Shown: positions 9,501 through 17,985 of the stretch, in pieces
Position numbering within the stretch: the stretch's first letter is position 1
Layout of the letters: each line of letters begins with the position of its first letter
Source: a virus
Taxonomy: Duplodnaviria; Caudoviricetes
DNA: 32,032 nucleotides
IMG/VR virus record: IMGVR_UViG_3300038475_000025
Span: 1-32,032 of that record
Direction: 5' to 3' (one strand)
Position numbers and translations under genes: made by a program
Notes under the pieces: generated by a model
What the model was told of the DNA's origin: nothing
Seen by the model: the letters and a program-made list of their open reading frames with translations, nothing else
The model's database searches: none

Positions 9501-10208
9501 GTGAACTTTGATACCATAATCCTTCAGATCCCAGACTTTACCTTCAGGAGAAATCCATCCTTGAATTTGTGAACTGTCAGCAAACTTCAAACCCACAAAC
9601 TCTCCAACCTTCGTCAACACCGACTTCCAACCAGACGTTGTAGGCTGCGGTGCATTCTGCTGCATCTTGAAATCTGGCTCGTCAGGCACAGTTTTCTTCT
9701 CTTGGAACAAATCCTTCCAGCCAACAAACGAATGCCGATTGAGAACGTCACACAATCCACGCTTGTTGACCGAACCTAGCCACTTCGGATCGTCATCAAT
9801 GAACAACGTTTTTCCTTCGGGACGCACATAATCAGCCTTGTCTATGTGCCTCTTGATGACTACAATATACGTAAAATATTTGAGAAGGTCAAGTTTTCTC
9901 AAGAGCATGTTCGCAGGCTGTGCCTGTTCTACCGTGTTATCCTTCTCACTGAGTGATACTACCCCCAAATTCATCCCATACTTATCCAATGAATTCAGGA
10001 CATCTTTGAAATCCGGATCAAGCCGTGCAATATTTCCACGGATATCCTTTACCGTATTACCGTCCAATAAAGTATACGGTGGCTCAAAAACCATAGCTGG
10101 AATGCTGTCACCCATAGGGTTAAAGCAGTTCCATATGCCCTGATCGAGATCGAAGATTACTGTATCATAATCTTTGAATATCGAAGTCTTTACGTTATAA
10201 AGTATCAT
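6513..10208 (-). CDS. 1231-aa multidomain protein (putative polyprotein): HAD/MDP-1-like phosphatase, GWISPEG domain, degenerate Fic/Doc, acidic/helical region, M28-like Zn peptidase, SH3-like barrel
   Basis: VIFDLDQGIW...LFIDDD; KAAQLAIQLA...SPYVEPGVVPTAL...FVAQNG; AHLDTV, IDDRLG, GEEKG, FDRKG, YYDNH; repeated xLKF[A/S] linkers. Confidence 0.75.
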   Translation of the reverse strand: MILYNVKTSIFKDYDTVIFDLDQGIWNCFNPMGDSIPAMVFEPPYTLLDGNTVKDIRGNIARLDPDFKDVLNSLDKYGMNLGVVSLSEKDNTVEQAQPANMLLRKLDLLKYFTYIVVIKRHIDKADYVRPEGKTLFIDDDPKWLGSVNKRGLCDVLNRHSFVGWKDLFQEKKTVPDEPDFKMQQNAPQPTTSGWKSVLTKVGEFVGLKFADSSQIQGWISPEGKVWDLKDYGIKVHDVMAGYILDHDPKLNAQFEKAGTTARDFLLKNGWVRVHFTEISIGNPEAKSTVLEYLSTLPPDRKVNLENYVNWRYQHIFDGTVQECLDKFDTINFGSHYAPQPNNKTKKDETLQRSPSRLHPTPDEATRANSAPIQKITPDVIHTINTNYRKELLTPDRMGEQAEHPEFQERMNAAVTKPFESWFGEESHADLEQKAAQLAIQLASPDRSPYVEPGVVPTALTSVRYFVAQNGYDFENLPDYTDILYNLNAGRLDEKSAYAMLVNFFDANIKPLAEENGAVWDETQGTVASLKFSEEDPLTYTDKSDIDEGIGRSNAEFFHQDDHLDINNGRDHIWGEPWEPVNQYFLDPNVTPTVQDKIDMQHPDKGGIANSSLIRTNAMIFNQYVDELIDEYVGNYLAEQPYVDQDGMIDELTPLIMEELQDYIKNDSVRETTEAYIRAKIPGAFSYTRKWLRDRKVQDEQRRVEKAERDKGFVEKLKQTAPDFLLKKFLHEQFSVGALVQMIREYIPGARDIDPQSVEAIVTSLPVSDPKQFTQDGSLIYIGDVSQKPIADKVEMNMDEFKDIALKPIEDFAQFGELKKTPDGMYVFKDNGSNILGIAHLDTVQNLTHFEVTHLDDTRVIRNAQIDDRLGAYILLKLLPQLGVDCDILLTEGEEKGRSTGAFFQPPKKYKWMFQFDRKGMDTVMYQYHDKPTEDMMNNEGFIPAKGSFSDIAMMEHMGVKGFNFGTGYYDNHGKESHAIESHVLHNVKLFKQFYDKYKNTALPHQNSNRYQDRSRQSSLRITFSDFSMPQGEEYADYMGTMDPSPKDPKSLDDQQDESSVRKDLEKMYMERGLHETVMMPQTDRPTTPYASLKFADLTDDALKLEPRPETRHELFDRVEFEAINEPTNVGKIIEIATKPLVNGIPRYLRYTIKDDDGGEWYVTEERITHNYSRNVTASLPFHTDIRLHKPNSMLVQEGVFDALTFEEGAKSGFMTRHELRDDYLYQPPKQG

Positions 10209-10217
10209 GTTAATTTA

Positions 10218-13200
10218 TTACAGTAAGTTCTTCTTTTGTGCCAACTTATACTCTTCGTATAATACTTCAGTTAACTTAGAGTCATCCATGTTGGCATATT
10301 TACTGAGCTTTCTCACGAACGGCATCACCCGATTCCTGAATTCCACGAAGCCAAAAGATAGCGATCCCTGCCTGTAACCCACATCCTGCTGTCGCGGACG
10401 TTCCTTTGGTTTCAACGCCGAACCAGGCGGTGTATCAAAACCGCTTCTGTTGACATCATTCGTCAAATAGAATTTCCTGGCTTCAACAGGAGTCTCTGTG
10501 CCATCCCACAACACTAACACTGTATCCGGCGTAGCACCAGGTCCCACGATAGCACCCTTCTTACCAGACCCCTTCTCTATCACATATACATTTTGTGAAG
10601 GTACATCTTCTGAGAACTTGAGTGAAGTCCACAACTGAAGATTGGTTCTACCTGGATCGAAAGTCACTTCTTGCTTCTTCTTCTCATCCATATCTGGAAG
10701 GTTCAGCTCTGTATACCAGCCACCTTTCATGTCCATATCAGCGGTGTCATTGGCCTCTCCTGATCCACCAGGACCGCCAAGAATAGGCGATCCCTCACCA
10801 TGTCCTGGCTCATACTGGAACCAATCATTACGTCCAGTCTCAAACGGCTCATCCTTACGGCGGGTAAACTCTTGGTCTACCGCACCCAATGTAAGCTGTT
10901 TAAGAGGTAAGGTATCCTCTGGCTTTTCGTTGTCGGTTTTCACCATCTTCTTAAGTGGGTCACTATTGGGCTGAGTCTTGTTCGACACTTCATTTGGGTC
11001 ATTACGTGGTGATCCGCCGAAGTCGTAATTTGAGAATTTCAACGACCCTTGTTTATCTATGTCGGCGTTATCCTTCTCCAATTGATCATAACATTTTTTG
11101 CATAGTTCTGCGTTCTCGTGATCTCCCCTGCCTGTTGCTCTGGTCTTGTGACCACAGTTTGTACACTTGTAAACGCCCGTTCCCTTTTGAAATCTACGGG
11201 AATCTCCAATTTCAGCAAACTTGAGACCAGCCATGGTTGATATCTCATGAAGCTGCCTGCGAAGCTTTTCCTTCTTCTCAGGATCAGTTTCCGCCTGGAA
11301 TTTTTCCAGAAGTTGGTCGATTTGCTCTTGCTTCAGATTCTCCATTTCATGATGTGTTGGCTTATCAAATTTCACTGGCGGTAGAGGCTCGGCTTCTGCT
11401 CCTTCAGGGAGTGCCTTTTCTTCTGCAGGAAATTCTTCTCCACCTGGACCCACCGGTTCCTCACCACCTGCTGGTGGTTGAGTATCGGTATTCATTCCCA
11501 ACTGCTGTTGCTCGTTGTATACACGATTCGATTCTGGCAACAAGTCTTCCATATGAGCGTCAACCACATCACTCAGCATCTGCTCAAAATTGGCACGTTT
11601 CGCTTCCGGAATGAACTGCTCTGCAAGTCCTTTGGAAAAATCCTGAAGTGTACGCTTCGGTGATTCTCCAGTACGTGCGATAGTCCTGGTAATACGCTGA
11701 TCCATCTTCTTAGCAAAACCAGCTATTATTCTTACATAAGGAGCAAGCGGCTCTACAATATGCAAATTGTGTAACTGGTTTGTTTCAGCCAAGAATCTGG
11801 CAAGCATCTCTCCAGGAAGCTTTCCATTATCTTTGAGCATTGCTACGGCACTCTCAACTTTGGCTTCAAGCGGCAACACATCTATGTATGGATACATCTG
11901 TTCAATGTTTTCCAGATATTTCGCAACAAATGTTTCAAAAGCTGAAGTCACAAAGCGCAGACTGGAAATGGTATACAAACTGGAAGTGGCAGTCGTTTGA
12001 GCACCACCAGCTTCAGCAGGCTTCCACTTCTTTAAATCGATGACATGGTAACCCATATATGCGCCACCTGGCCCTTTATGTGGCGCATCCTCAGCATAAA
12101 TTGTGGATGCATCACCCTGAACTGTCACTCTTGGATAAAACAAGTCAGCTTTACCTGTAAATTTCTCTGCTGCCCGATCATATACATCAACTAAATTCCA
12201 TGGATTACCAGCCTCTTGTCTTGCTTGTGAAAAATCGGCAGCACTGGCTACCCATATTTCATCCACATTACCCAACTGAAGAGCACGGTTTATAGTATCA
12301 AGTATGACAGCTTCCGGCCAATGCTTAAATGTGGAACGAAGACCCTCAGCCGCAGTGTATGCTCGAAGCATTTTCTTAGCCACTGGTGTAGGAACAAGAT
12401 TACCACCATTCTTTATCAGAACTCCATTCGCAGTAAGTCTGGTAAGCAATGTTTCCTGAGCTACAGGAATCAGTTCTTCAAAAGTGGCAGAATGTTTGTT
12501 TACCATCTCTTGCTGTATTGCGGCAGCAACCCCTGTTAATTTATCTGATCTAACATTTTTTGTCCGCACAAAGTATAATTCTTCTCCCTGCCTACCACGT
12601 TTAGATATGGCTCGATAACTTTCCAGCGCGTTAAGACTTTGCCGAAGTACCTTCTCAGCCACTGGTCTCAGATTGGCAATAGACACACTACCCTGCGCTA
12701 CAGCCTCCTTCACAACTTCTTCTTCTTGTGAAAAGAAACCTATAGAATTCGTGAACTGGCTTGTAATAGCAGGATCAATTTTCTTCAGGAACCCATCTGT
12801 ATTCTTTTGCTGTGGATCAGCCTGAAGTTCAGCAATAATCCATACACGCTTTGACTTTATCTCTCCACCATCACTAGTAGTGAAAATATGCGGCTCAATA
12901 CGCGCCGATGCCAGAGCATTAAACCAGTGTGGTAAAATTTCCTTTTCCCTCTCTGTTCGAATGATATTGAGCATCTTTCGAACGTCAGGATTTGTTACAC
13001 CATTGTCATTTGGCGAGATCAGCACACCGAACATTTTATCCTGGTAATACCCTGTCATGTGAGTACGATCCTGGGGACCAATATCGGTCAAACGGGAAGT
13101 ATACGAAAACAACTTCAGCTTATTCCTGAAATCTGTAACCTGGGGTGACGCGTCATTTGTCTTCAGATACTGTTCCAACTGTGCAATCACCTGCTGCTCA

Positions 13201-15404
13201 TCCCTAGAACTCTTGAAAATTTTTGCAATATCCGCAAACTCTGGAGAATCAAAAACCGGTGCCAATTCATTCGGGTTGACAACACCTGAGCCGTAATACT
13301 GTCTGAATTGAGCAACAACTGCATCTATTTTTTCATTGTCCTGATCTTCCTGATTCTTTACTGGTGCTTGTACTGGCTTCGGTGCTTTTGGAGTTCTAGG
13401 TGCAGACAACATCCCCATCATTTTTCCAATACTAACTGGCTCAACGCCAGTCTGTTCCACTCGACTCTGAATTGGCTTTATTTCTCCGTCACGATTCAAC
13501 TGAACCAACAAATCCTTGGTAAGCCATGCCGGGGGCTGACCACCCTTAACAAATTCTGTCAGATCATTCTTCTGCTCATCAGTCAGGACAGCAAACGCCT
13601 GAAAACTCAACGCCTTCAGCTTGCTCCAGCGAAAACTAGCCTGCTTACCTTTCATAATAGCAAGAAGCTTAGGAGCCAGCGTCAATTCGAATCTATTCAG
13701 CTTGCTGTCATAGAATGTCTGTAAGTTCTTGTCTGGCTGTTTTTTCACAAACTGCGTAATACGACCATTGTCACCAATCTCAGACTGGTTGATCTCCGTC
13801 TTATAAATCTTCGGAAGATTTAAAGCTTTACCAACAGTATCGGTAAATATAGCCGTGTCTACTTCTATCGCACCACCGAAATCTGTATCGGTAAGATTGC
13901 AATGATCAAAGTGTGTACCCTGAACATCTGTCCTAACAAACTTTGCATTCGAGAAATTACAATTCGTGAAATGAGTTTTCGACACATCACCACTGGTAAA
14001 ATCCGTGCTACTGAAATCCACACCGTCAACTACATGCGAAGCAAACTGAATACCAGACCATTCGTGACTAGCGAAATTTTTGTCGTTCTGAAACAAAGTA
14101 ACCAGAGCAGCATTCAATGTCTGCTTCGGCACCTCATCAGCGCCATCGATCTTATTGAATTGCTGAACGTTGTTCTCTTTGAGCACCTGACCTACGATAG
14201 ACGCAAGCCGTGTGGGTGTGTCGTTGGGGAAAATAACAGGATGGGCTGAACTGACCTTATTACTGATAGCCTGAGAAACCTGCGGAAGCAACTGTTCCTT
14301 CTCGATCTTCTCTATGGCATTCTGGTTTGGACCCTCATACTTCACACGTGGATATTCAGCCTTCATCAGCTTGGCTGCTATTCCCATCAGGTCTTCTTCG
14401 GAAAGAATAGTTCCCGGCTCTAACTTACTGATAATCGCATTCACCTTCGCTTCAGGAATATCCTTAAGAGCAGCAATGTATTGCCGCGCTTCTTTAATCT
14501 CCTGCATAGTGAATATGTGACCAAAAGTTGATACCTGACTCTTAGTCTTCTTACCCTGAGACGAAACTGCCACTCGCATTACCATAATGTATATCACATT
14601 CATGGCTGCATCTTCCATTGAAGAAATATAAGGCATCGTCTTACTCTTAAAAGACCCCTGAAGCAAATTACAGCTATCCTGCGACCATATCGGAACTTCA
14701 ATAGGAGTTCCATGTGCCAACATACGACGAACATCTTTTGAAAACTCTACTTTAAAGGCAGGCATAGACTCATACTTCGCATATACGTTAGCGTACTCCG
14801 GATGCTTAATCTTGATCCTATTGTAAACTGCCATGATCTGATCATCAGTCATTTTGGTCTGGACCTGGCTATCCGACATTCCTTTCGTGATTGTGTGTCG
14901 CCCCTGAATAAATTCATCTCTATACGTCTTACCCATGTCTGTAAGCGAATAGTTCTCCGCATCGACCTGAGTGACGTAACCTTCTGCGATCAATGTCGGA
15001 AGAGCGTTAACTATTTCAGGATTATTTGCAAGACCAACTGTTGAGAGCACACCGTCAGCAGAAAACGCAGCAAGAGCAGTACGGAGTGAGGCTGAAGTCA
15101 ATGCAAAATTATGTACTTCTGCCTGCGGATTGTTTTCGACATGTGCTGCCATCTGCTGACCATACTGTGTCAAAGAATAGTTATCCTTCTGTTCAGTATA
15201 GACAATACCTGCTTTGTACATCTTGACAAGAGCAGCTTTTATCTCTGTCTGTCCTTCGCCTGTAGTCAATATCAATTCTTCAGCACTCAGCGAATGAGCC
15301 GCTGTTTGAAGAGCACTTAAAATTGCCTTGACTGGTGAATCAGCGGCGAACGTAAGAGTGGCCAATGATTGCAGCGTGTCAGCATCATCGAAAGTAAGGT
15401 TCAT
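10218..15404 (-). CDS. 1728-aa multidomain virion-type protein (putative polyprotein): two winged-helix repeats, pentapeptide repeats, ELQAD-type domain, Zn ribbon, SH3/KOW-like module
   Basis: Start at 15404 (MNLTFDD) with GGGAG RBS; NYSLTQYG/NYSLTDMG duplicate; (S/T)xFxx pentapeptide run at about 13840-14030; CTNC...CKKC; repeated xLKF[A/S] linkers. Confidence 0.7.
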   Translation of the reverse strand: MNLTFDDADTLQSLATLTFAADSPVKAILSALQTAAHSLSAEELILTTGEGQTEIKAALVKMYKAGIVYTEQKDNYSLTQYGQQMAAHVENNPQAEVHNFALTSASLRTALAAFSADGVLSTVGLANNPEIVNALPTLIAEGYVTQVDAENYSLTDMGKTYRDEFIQGRHTITKGMSDSQVQTKMTDDQIMAVYNRIKIKHPEYANVYAKYESMPAFKVEFSKDVRRMLAHGTPIEVPIWSQDSCNLLQGSFKSKTMPYISSMEDAAMNVIYIMVMRVAVSSQGKKTKSQVSTFGHIFTMQEIKEARQYIAALKDIPEAKVNAIISKLEPGTILSEEDLMGIAAKLMKAEYPRVKYEGPNQNAIEKIEKEQLLPQVSQAISNKVSSAHPVIFPNDTPTRLASIVGQVLKENNVQQFNKIDGADEVPKQTLNAALVTLFQNDKNFASHEWSGIQFASHVVDGVDFSSTDFTSGDVSKTHFTNCNFSNAKFVRTDVQGTHFDHCNLTDTDFGGAIEVDTAIFTDTVGKALNLPKIYKTEINQSEIGDNGRITQFVKKQPDKNLQTFYDSKLNRFELTLAPKLLAIMKGKQASFRWSKLKALSFQAFAVLTDEQKNDLTEFVKGGQPPAWLTKDLLVQLNRDGEIKPIQSRVEQTGVEPVSIGKMMGMLSAPRTPKAPKPVQAPVKNQEDQDNEKIDAVVAQFRQYYGSGVVNPNELAPVFDSPEFADIAKIFKSSRDEQQVIAQLEQYLKTNDASPQVTDFRNKLKLFSYTSRLTDIGPQDRTHMTGYYQDKMFGVLISPNDNGVTNPDVRKMLNIIRTEREKEILPHWFNALASARIEPHIFTTSDGGEIKSKRVWIIAELQADPQQKNTDGFLKKIDPAITSQFTNSIGFFSQEEEVVKEAVAQGSVSIANLRPVAEKVLRQSLNALESYRAISKRGRQGEELYFVRTKNVRSDKLTGVAAAIQQEMVNKHSATFEELIPVAQETLLTRLTANGVLIKNGGNLVPTPVAKKMLRAYTAAEGLRSTFKHWPEAVILDTINRALQLGNVDEIWVASAADFSQARQEAGNPWNLVDVYDRAAEKFTGKADLFYPRVTVQGDASTIYAEDAPHKGPGGAYMGYHVIDLKKWKPAEAGGAQTTATSSLYTISSLRFVTSAFETFVAKYLENIEQMYPYIDVLPLEAKVESAVAMLKDNGKLPGEMLARFLAETNQLHNLHIVEPLAPYVRIIAGFAKKMDQRITRTIARTGESPKRTLQDFSKGLAEQFIPEAKRANFEQMLSDVVDAHMEDLLPESNRVYNEQQQLGMNTDTQPPAGGEEPVGPGGEEFPAEEKALPEGAEAEPLPPVKFDKPTHHEMENLKQEQIDQLLEKFQAETDPEKKEKLRRQLHEISTMAGLKFAEIGDSRRFQKGTGVYKCTNCGHKTRATGRGDHENAELCKKCYDQLEKDNADIDKQGSLKFSNYDFGGSPRNDPNEVSNKTQPNSDPLKKMVKTDNEKPEDTLPLKQLTLGAVDQEFTRRKDEPFETGRNDWFQYEPGHGEGSPILGGPGGSGEANDTADMDMKGGWYTELNLPDMDEKKKQEVTFDPGRTNLQLWTSLKFSEDVPSQNVYVIEKGSGKKGAIVGPGATPDTVLVLWDGTETPVEARKFYLTNDVNRSGFDTPPGSALKPKERPRQQDVGYRQGSLSFGFVEFRNRVMPFVRKLSKYANMDDSKLTEVLYEEYKLAQKKNLL

Positions 15405-15417
15405 TGCAACTCCCTGG

Positions 15418-15873
15418 TTACCCAAAAATATGAGACAAGATGTAGTGACGAATCGCACCATCCATCACCAGAAATCTAATTCCAGCCGTAGTGACCATAT
15501 GAGTGCGATTCCATTCCAACACATCAAGTTGCTCCTGCACATATGCGAGAACAACACTGCGTGTTTCGTCTGAAGCTGTATGGATAAAATTTTGAAAAGA
15601 GGTAAGTTCTTTAGCAGAAGGATCGACACACATTTTATCAATCGACGCTAATAGAACACTCATGGCCATACCTTCAAAGCGGTTAGCCACATCGGAGTCA
15701 TGGCCCTTCTCATTGTTCATTAACGTCCAATCAGTGCGTGGGTCGTTCCTCTTCGGATTAGTACGGCGCACTTCCTTATCGTCATACGGCTGCGAAAAGT
15801 TCATGTCTTCCGGTTCCCGATCCTGAACTGATATCGAGTCGTACGTAGTATTTTCGGAAGTGCGTCTTGCCAT
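15418..15873 (-). CDS. Hypothetical protein (151 aa)
   Basis: ATG 15873 (MARRTSEN) with AAGGGG RBS; in the operon run. Confidence 0.7.
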   Translation of the reverse strand: MARRTSENTTYDSISVQDREPEDMNFSQPYDDKEVRRTNPKRNDPRTDWTLMNNEKGHDSDVANRFEGMAMSVLLASIDKMCVDPSAKELTSFQNFIHTASDETRSVVLAYVQEQLDVLEWNRTHMVTTAGIRFLVMDGAIRHYILSHIFG

Positions 15874-15944
15874 AGAGATTCCCCTTAGCCTATCCAAAAT
15901 ATAGTGCTTTGGTAGGTAATTTGTATCCCTTTGGCCGAAGGAAT

Positions 15945-16343
15945 TTAGGCGGGTGTGGGGGCAGGACCTTCTACTGGCGGAATACCGACATTCACTGCAA
16001 GGCCAGCTTCAGTATATGGCGGAAGAATACCTGTCTCAGTGTGAGGTCCAGTGACACCTGTGGCCGGAATTTCGGGGGGTACCACTGACTGTGGCTGTTG
16101 ATCTTCTTCCACTATCTGAATCAACTGATCAATAAAACCCTGGAATTTGCTGACCTTGACAATCAGCGGAATGTCCAAACTCCCAATAGTTGCACCCTTA
16201 CCCACTGTTGCTAAGTAAATGACCATTACCTTATCCCCAGGCTTCAATTTATCATGCGAAGCCACACAGTGGAACTCCATAGGCGAAAAATCGGTCAAAA
16301 CCATAGTTTCCGCCTTGATTGCGTAAGAAATCTGATGTTTCAT
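15945..16343 (-). CDS. Hypothetical protein with Pro-rich C-terminus
   Basis: ATG with TAAGGA RBS; co-oriented. Confidence 0.7.
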   Translation of the reverse strand: MKHQISYAIKAETMVLTDFSPMEFHCVASHDKLKPGDKVMVIYLATVGKGATIGSLDIPLIVKVSKFQGFIDQLIQIVEEDQQPQSVVPPEIPATGVTGPHTETGILPPYTEAGLAVNVGIPPVEGPAPTPA

Positions 16344-16540
16344 TGAAATTCCTTATAAAATACAATGATAAACGCCAAATTAAACCCGATTGTACTCCAC
16401 ATTTGGCACGAGCATGCTCTCAAACACCCTGTAGTTGAGCAAGAATGGCCATCAGACGCGCAAAGTCCCGTTCTGAAGTCCTATCTCACCGCTTGTCTAC
16501 CAAACACCGTCATAAGCCAACTGTGACAATCTCACATGCC
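16344..16540 (-). ncRNA. Candidate structured RNA / leader in a 197-bp gap
   Basis: Several inverted repeats: GCCAAAT/ATTTGGC at 16374-16407, TCAGA.../...TCTGA at about 16452-16476, TGTGA/TCACA at 16522-16536. No credible ORF. Confidence 0.25.
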
Positions 16541-17452
16541 CTAGTTAATAACGGCTGCAATTAACCCCACCAAGGTACCAGGAGTTAACGTTTTAATCGG
16601 GGTTGTCACAATCTCTGTATGCGATATATCGATCTTACCAACAGCATGCGATGAATGCATTGAAATCGCTGTTTTATAAAGCCCAGTCGTATGACCAATG
16701 CTGGAAAAAGTTTTACCCACCTGAGACGAATCGTTATGTGCAATCGGTTTCGGAAGCTCTGTCTTATACTTAAGTAGAATAGTCTTCACGACCCGATGAA
16801 TCCATTGCCTTGATGCCATATCCTTAATCTTGGCCAACATACGAACTTTATACGGCTCGTCGTAACCACCATAGTATTTTCTGATCAATTCATCAAAAAA
16901 CCGATCTTCAGATAATGTTGGATTCTTTGCAAAAATCTCTTCAACGTCTCTGTGGATGATAAACGCCGTAGCAAGTAGATTTGAACGTGGCTCTGTCAAT
17001 TCAAGTCTTGCTGTCGCAATACCTTCTTTGATCAAAGCATCTTTGTTGTATTCCCACACTACACCACCAAAACCAATAGCGAATGTCGGAGTGCCTCTCA
17101 CAACGATCTGGGGATGACGTGCTGATGGATCATAGCTCGACTCAACGTAAACAATGGAGTGAACCAGGATCATAGGGATAGTGTACTTGGTAGCTGCCTC
17201 ATCGAGATAGTCCAAATACTGCGCTTGCTGACGCGCACTTAAACCAACTCGATTACCCGCCTCTTCAATGTCCATACGGACAAGTTCTTTCTCCATCTCA
17301 CGATCTGTTGGAGTAGAATTGAATATATTCACTGCCGGAGCTTGAACAAGAGTATTGGTACCCAAAAACCGATAACCAGACCATCCGCAAAGAGCGCCAA
17401 AGAATAATGAAGCAACTGCAACGAACACAAAGTAGCGCAATGGGAATGTCAT
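16541..17452 (-). CDS. SLT-family lytic transglycosylase-like protein with N-terminal membrane anchor
   Basis: EAATKYTIPMILVHSIVYVESSYDPSA (catalytic Glu motif), AIGFGGV in place of GLMQ, NL...YYGG; hydrophobic N-terminus; AAGGAG RBS. Confidence 0.75.
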   Translation of the reverse strand: MTFPLRYFVFVAVASLFFGALCGWSGYRFLGTNTLVQAPAVNIFNSTPTDREMEKELVRMDIEEAGNRVGLSARQQAQYLDYLDEAATKYTIPMILVHSIVYVESSYDPSARHPQIVVRGTPTFAIGFGGVVWEYNKDALIKEGIATARLELTEPRSNLLATAFIIHRDVEEIFAKNPTLSEDRFFDELIRKYYGGYDEPYKVRMLAKIKDMASRQWIHRVVKTILLKYKTELPKPIAHNDSSQVGKTFSSIGHTTGLYKTAISMHSSHAVGKIDISHTEIVTTPIKTLTPGTLVGLIAAVIN

Positions 17453-17497
17453 TGTGTCTCCTTATGGTTGGTGAACTTGTGTAGCATGGAACGTTTA

Positions 17498-17944
17498 TTA
17501 TTCCACGTAGCGCGGTGGGGTTGATTCTTCTCCCACAATCCACTCCGCAGGTACAACACTTATGTTATATGTGTCAGTAGGCCCTTTGAAAATTCTGGTC
17601 CCCAGCAGGTCTTTGGGCACCTGTACACGGAGTTTCTTCCACATGTCATCTTTGAACTTGAACATTCCGTCATAGGTGTCCCACAGCAAAACAGTTGTAT
17701 CTGAAAATCCCTGCTCTGGCGGGGTTATGTCGTTGTGCATATTGAAATTCTTAGGCACAACGGTGAATAGGTAACCATGATACAAATCAGCAACTTTGTC
17801 AAACGCAATGGGTGTAGCCTTATTGAATTCGTCTTCGATTGGGTGTGATTCATCCTTCCTGACTATAACGTCTTCGACAAGCTTCATTGGCACTTTCTTC
17901 TCCATGTCGCCTTCAGTCTGCGTATTTCCGAAAGTGATGTCCAT
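17498..17944 (-). CDS. Hypothetical protein
   Basis: Open frame directly downstream of a sigma70-type promoter; start may be 17944 or 17905. Confidence 0.65.
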   Translation of the reverse strand: MDITFGNTQTEGDMEKKVPMKLVEDVIVRKDESHPIEDEFNKATPIAFDKVADLYHGYLFTVVPKNFNMHNDITPPEQGFSDTTVLLWDTYDGMFKFKDDMWKKLRVQVPKDLLGTRIFKGPTDTYNISVVPAEWIVGEESTPPRYVE

Positions 17945-17956
17945 TTTCAGTACCCC

Positions 17957-17985
17957 AATATACGAATTTTATTCCACAAAGTCAA
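17957..17985 (-). promoter_or_regulatory. Sigma70-type promoter TTGACT-17-TATATT
   Basis: Minus strand: TTGACT ttgtggaataaaattcg TATATT; -35 at 17980-17985, -10 at 17957-17962. Confidence 0.75.

Noticed and set aside
630-15904. CTATATTT upstream of ORFs starting at 620 and 15873 as a late promoter
   Set aside because: Only two short AT-rich matches; not distinguishable from chance.
16522-16536. CRP-like site TGTGA-N5-TCACA
   Set aside because: Spacer is 5 nt rather than 6; kept only as a hairpin.
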